Below, in pieces: positions 60,054 to 64,000 of a stretch of DNA of 64,000 nt. Position 1 is the stretch's first letter. Every line of letters starts with the position of its first letter. A program made the translations under genes and the position numbers. The notes under the pieces are model-generated. The model saw only the letters and a program-made list of their open reading frames with translations. It made no database searches and had not been told where the DNA came from. The stretch is from Macrostomum hystrix (Eukaryota > Animalia > Platyhelminthes). The stretch covers positions 6,882,001 through 6,946,000 of the forward strand of contig CATNEN010000025.1 in assembly GCA_950097015.1 (NCBI GenBank), given 5' to 3'.

Positions 60054-63000
60054 TCAGCCAAGGCGCATCAGACGCATGGCGCGCTTCTCCTCCAGGTCGT
60101 CACGCTTGCCCAGGCGCATGAGGCGCATGGCGCGCTTCTCTCCGTCGCGCTTGCCGAGGCGCATGAGGCGCATGGCGCGCTTCTCTCCGTCGCGCTTGCC
60201 CAGCCGCATGAGGCGCATGGCGCGCTTCTCTCCGTCGCGCTTGCCCAGCCGCATGAGGCGCATGGCGCGCTTCTCTTCATCACGCTTTCCGAGGCGCATG
60301 AGGCGCATGGCGCGCTTCTCTCCGTCGCGCTTGCCCAGCCGCATGAGGCGCATGGCGCGCTTCTCTCCGTCTCGTTTGCCAAGACGCATGAGGCGCATGG
60401 CGCGCTTCTCTTCATCACGTTTGCCAAGGCGCATGAGGCGCATGGCACGTTTCTCGTCCGCCTCCTCCCACTCGCGCTTGCCCAGACGCATCAGACGCAT
60501 CGCCCGCTTCTCCTCGTCAGCGCCGTCGTCCCAGTCGCGCTTTCCCAACCGCATCAGCCGCATCGCCCGCTTGTCGAAGTACTCGTCATCTTCTTCATCC
60601 TCATCGAAAGCGTCTGGTCCGAAGTGCTGAAGCTCGGCGGCTGCCGCCTGCTGTTCAACCGCGCTGCGCTTCTTGACCTCTTCGCCGGTGGCACTCCCCA
60701 GCAGGCAGATGGCTGCGGGATTGCAGGAAGGATAAATAATGTTTTCGTTTCTACTTGCGAATCGGAAGACTTTTAATAACGCAATACGATCGCTTTATCC
60801 CATTCATCCCAAGATGAATGGATACAGGACTGTAAAAAGGCATTATACTCGTATAATAAAATCTATGCTTCATTGCAAAGTGTCGGGACCGGCAAATTTC
60901 TGTTCTAATTTTATTGTCACTGTCGTCTCCATGGAGACCATTATTATAGATCAGCGCCCATCTCTCTGCCTTCTCTTTATTATCCCCAGCTGAACAAACG
61001 CTAATTTGTGCTATGGACTAGCAATTTTGAGCCCGCCGCCACGCGCTTCATTGCCTCGCGTGGCGACCGTGCTCGCTCTGGTTGTGAATAATAATAAAAA
61101 CTAATAATGAAGAGCGTCGGCTGTGAGCCCTGAAACCCCAGAGAAAGTTTGTCGATCCTCAAACAATGCCTTTGCAACGTAGTGCGTGTCTACCATACTG
61201 AAAACTGCAGAAGCAGCGCCACCAACCCGTCAGCGGGAAATCGGATGCAACTCTGGGGCAGGGAACAATGGGCTGATTAGGCACGCCTGTGTCTGTCCCT
61301 CTTCTGGCGCTCAAGTGGCATTTCCAGTTTTTTGTGGGTAGATTCGCAGTTAATCGGAAGTTGTTACTCAAGTGTTGCGAATTAATCAGCCGTACGGCTG
61401 CAGGAGGAGTGCGCCACTGCGGCAGCCAGGGATGAAAAGGTCGAGTGGGATTGGCTGAATTGTCAGGTGAGTGGAATTCTTGCAGGCAGGAAGCTGCTAC
61501 ACCCACAGTGAGATGGAAAAATGGACTCAAAGCCACAAATAATGTCTAACCTAGGCCAGCAAAGCTTGTTCGATGCAGTCCAAAGTTGTATCCTAGATAG
61601 ATTTGGCTTCACTAAAATCTATCTGCTACAATTTGCGCTGCCATCGAACAAGTGCCCCAGTTGAATGCCAAGTTGAAAGTTTATCTGGGAAAATGCTAAT
61701 ATCAAATTAAAATAAACTTACTTATTGATAATGGAGTTGGGTGTTACATTTACCCACCGAATAAGCTTTAGACTAGAGTCATTTTGCTTCGTAACCATAT
61801 CTGATAATGAGCTCATCTTTATGAGACGACCAGCTACTCAAACACATTCAGAGTCAGTTTCTCTTTGGCCTGGTGGGGTGGCTAAGCGTCATAAATCAGG
61901 AACAGATGCAGTTTGCCCTGGCCTGAGGTGGAAGCAGTGTCAATCTTGCTGGATGAGGCAGTTTGCACACTCTGCTATTTGTTTGGCCAAAGAAAACAAC
62001 GGACTGGGCCGCATTGCTTAAAATCTGGACTCAGCCTGATGGGAAAGTCAATTTAAATAATTGCCAATCATTGGTGCTCGATACTGGCCTAGCCTAAGTC
62101 AAGCTTTCATGAAGGTAGAATCCCCATCTGTGTGTGTGTACCTGTGTGTGTGTACCTGTGTGTGTGTACCTGTGTGTGTGCGCGCGGACAACTCCGCTTA
62201 TTAACCGTGGTCTCACAAATTTCTAGGGTTCCGCTTGGGTCTGCTTCTGCTGCAACTGTTTAATCTGCACTCAAAGATACGCATCCGGCCCCACCCCGCT
62301 GATCCCCTCAGCGACCCTCTCGGAGTCATTCTTGAACAAACAGCGCGCCATGATTCTGCCATGGGATCTGGGGGTTGGGGAAGTTGACATTATATTATCA
62401 GCATTGGCCAGCGATGGCCCACTCAGGGGGCTCCGGTAATATCTATGGCAAACAGAACCACCTTTGCAAGACTTTGCTTGCCCCAACCCACACTGAGCGA
62501 GAATTGAATTGGGGACTGTTCTTTGGCGATCAATCATGGATCGCTTCTGCTGTTAATGGCACATGCCAGTTAAACATGACAAATTGCTATAAACGATAAG
62601 CACTTGACTCGAACCTCCTCATAACTGACAGGGGATAAGATAAGTCTATGTTTTGATTACGGCTTGCAAAACAATTTGACAATTCGACAATTTGACAATG
62701 CCAATGAGGTTAGTCTATGCCAAGTTCCTCGTTTGAGTCTGGCATAATGCTCAAGCATAACGTTGCTCAAATCTTCGCCCATGAGCCTTTCCATAAATCG
62801 CCTCGTGCTTCTCAGTGCCACCCATTCCTCCCCCCCCATGGGATGCGAGAAAATTAGAAAGTATAAGAGAGAAGAAAGTGTCAGAGAGAGTGAGCACGTC
62901 AAGTGACATTGAAGTGCTCAGTGCACATTGAGCCCACTGACTTGGGACCGCCGACTTGGGCTAAAAAAAGCTGGAAGAATGAAATCCAGAATAAGCGAAA

Positions 63001-63549
63001 GATGAAACGGGTCCGAAATTAACGAGTGTTGGCTCTATCTTTACTTGGCCGTGGTTCCACCCAGAACTCTGAATCAATCAGAGTCCTTCTTCATGACCTG
63101 TCAAGCCTTGAAAAATCGACTTCTCAACTTTGCGGCGAGAGCGTCGCAAGTCGAAAGAAATTCAAGAAAATTTGATTTCCTTCGGACTCACATGATTGAG
63201 CTGTTGAGCAAGATTTGTTTGACTATAGACTATAGATGCAAGTGCATTGCTCACCATTCTAGCATTATAAGACTGCTCAAAAAAACGAAAAACCCTCTTC
63301 ATTAAACGGGTAGTCGGGGACCTCACCGGAAACAGTAGCTAAAGTTTGAGTAATGTTTGAGTAAAGCAAGAAAAAAAGCAATTCCGGAAACTGGATGCAC
63401 CAAGCTACAGTGGAGATGTCTAACTGTTCCACCCGTGCCCTGCTGCAAACAAAGCCACCTTGCGCGATCAATAAAACATTAACAAAAAGTCTTGCCATGA
63501 GCTCACCTGCAACAGCCACTAGCAGCATTGGCAGCATGCAGTTCCGCAT
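60054..63549 (-). CDS. Myomodulin-like neuropeptide prohormone encoding 11 copies of AMRLMRL-amide; exons 63549-63507 and 60712-60054 (233 aa)
   Basis: The spliced N-terminus MRNCMLPMLLVAVAAICLLGSATG is a signal peptide (phase-1 GTGAGC donor, CCCGCAG acceptor). It is followed by an acidic pro-region and 11 KR-AMRLMRL-G units, ten followed by KR and the last by the stop. Gly is the amidation donor. Related to flatworm AVRLMRLamide (npp-6/mpl) and molluscan myomodulins. Confidence 0.95.
62127..62182. repeat. (TG)n / TGTGTGTGTACC microsatellite in the neuropeptide intron
   Basis: Read directly. Confidence 0.9.
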
Positions 63550-64000
63550 GTCTCGGACTATTATAGACTGTGAACTTGCAAGATCTATCAGGTCGCTTAG
63601 CCGATTCCCTAACTAGTTTCTCAGTTAATGCGTCAGAGAGAGAGACTGGCAGAGCGCTCGATTCCTCCGTGCGGGATCCGAGCTTTGCGCTCCGCTGGCG
63701 GTTAATATAGCAGCCGATCGTGACTGTCGCCCCGCCCCACTCCGTGTCTCTCCGTTGCCCCAGTCTCAGCGTCCTGAGTGGGCGTGGACCAACACGCGGG
63801 GGCTAACTAAGCGTAGGCCGAAGTCATTGGCATTGTCGCCTTGTGCTGATTCGCTGCTCTCTCTACTTCTGCTGCAGCCACCACCCCCAGCGTAGCCGCC
63901 AACTCTCTGAAGATCTTTTTCAGCGAGACCACCTACCTCCGACCGTCTTGTTTAAGAAGAAATCTTCAATCAACCATCGTTCAAATTATTCAAACGAAGT

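Noticed and set aside
60068-60630. Arg/Ser-rich protamine-like (+) and Cys-rich (-) ORFs
   Set aside because: Shadow frames of the repetitive neuropeptide exon.

Overview
Eukaryotic (animal) genomic DNA: GC-rich spliced exons are separated by AT-rich introns, many of which are filled with a private minisatellite. The composition, the intronic tandem repeats and an AMRLMRLamide neuropeptide precursor suggest a free-living flatworm such as Macrostomum (inference, not proven). The window opens with a 12.1-kb, 23-bp G-rich satellite that has higher-order structure. Spliced genes reconstructed by hand with phase-consistent GT-AG junctions: SSR1/TRAP-alpha (+), an ankyrin-DHHC palmitoyltransferase of the ZDHHC13/17 type (-), arfaptin (+), a C21orf58/DUF4587-like protein (-), an unresolved coiled-coil/tail-anchored gene (-), a short single-domain asparaginase resembling prokaryotic homologues (-), MAU2/Scc4 (+), and a myomodulin-like prohormone with 11 AMRLMRL-amide copies (-). 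Two tRNA-derived SINE families recur (one CORE-type, one unassigned with conserved hairpins), plus a Helitron-like end and possible solo LTRs. The most notable observations are a mirror-symmetric pair of SINE dimers flanking one ZDHHC exon, a candidate non-canonical GA-AG intron in the asparaginase gene, and the higher-order structure of the satellite. No CRISPR, rRNA or intact tRNA genes were seen.
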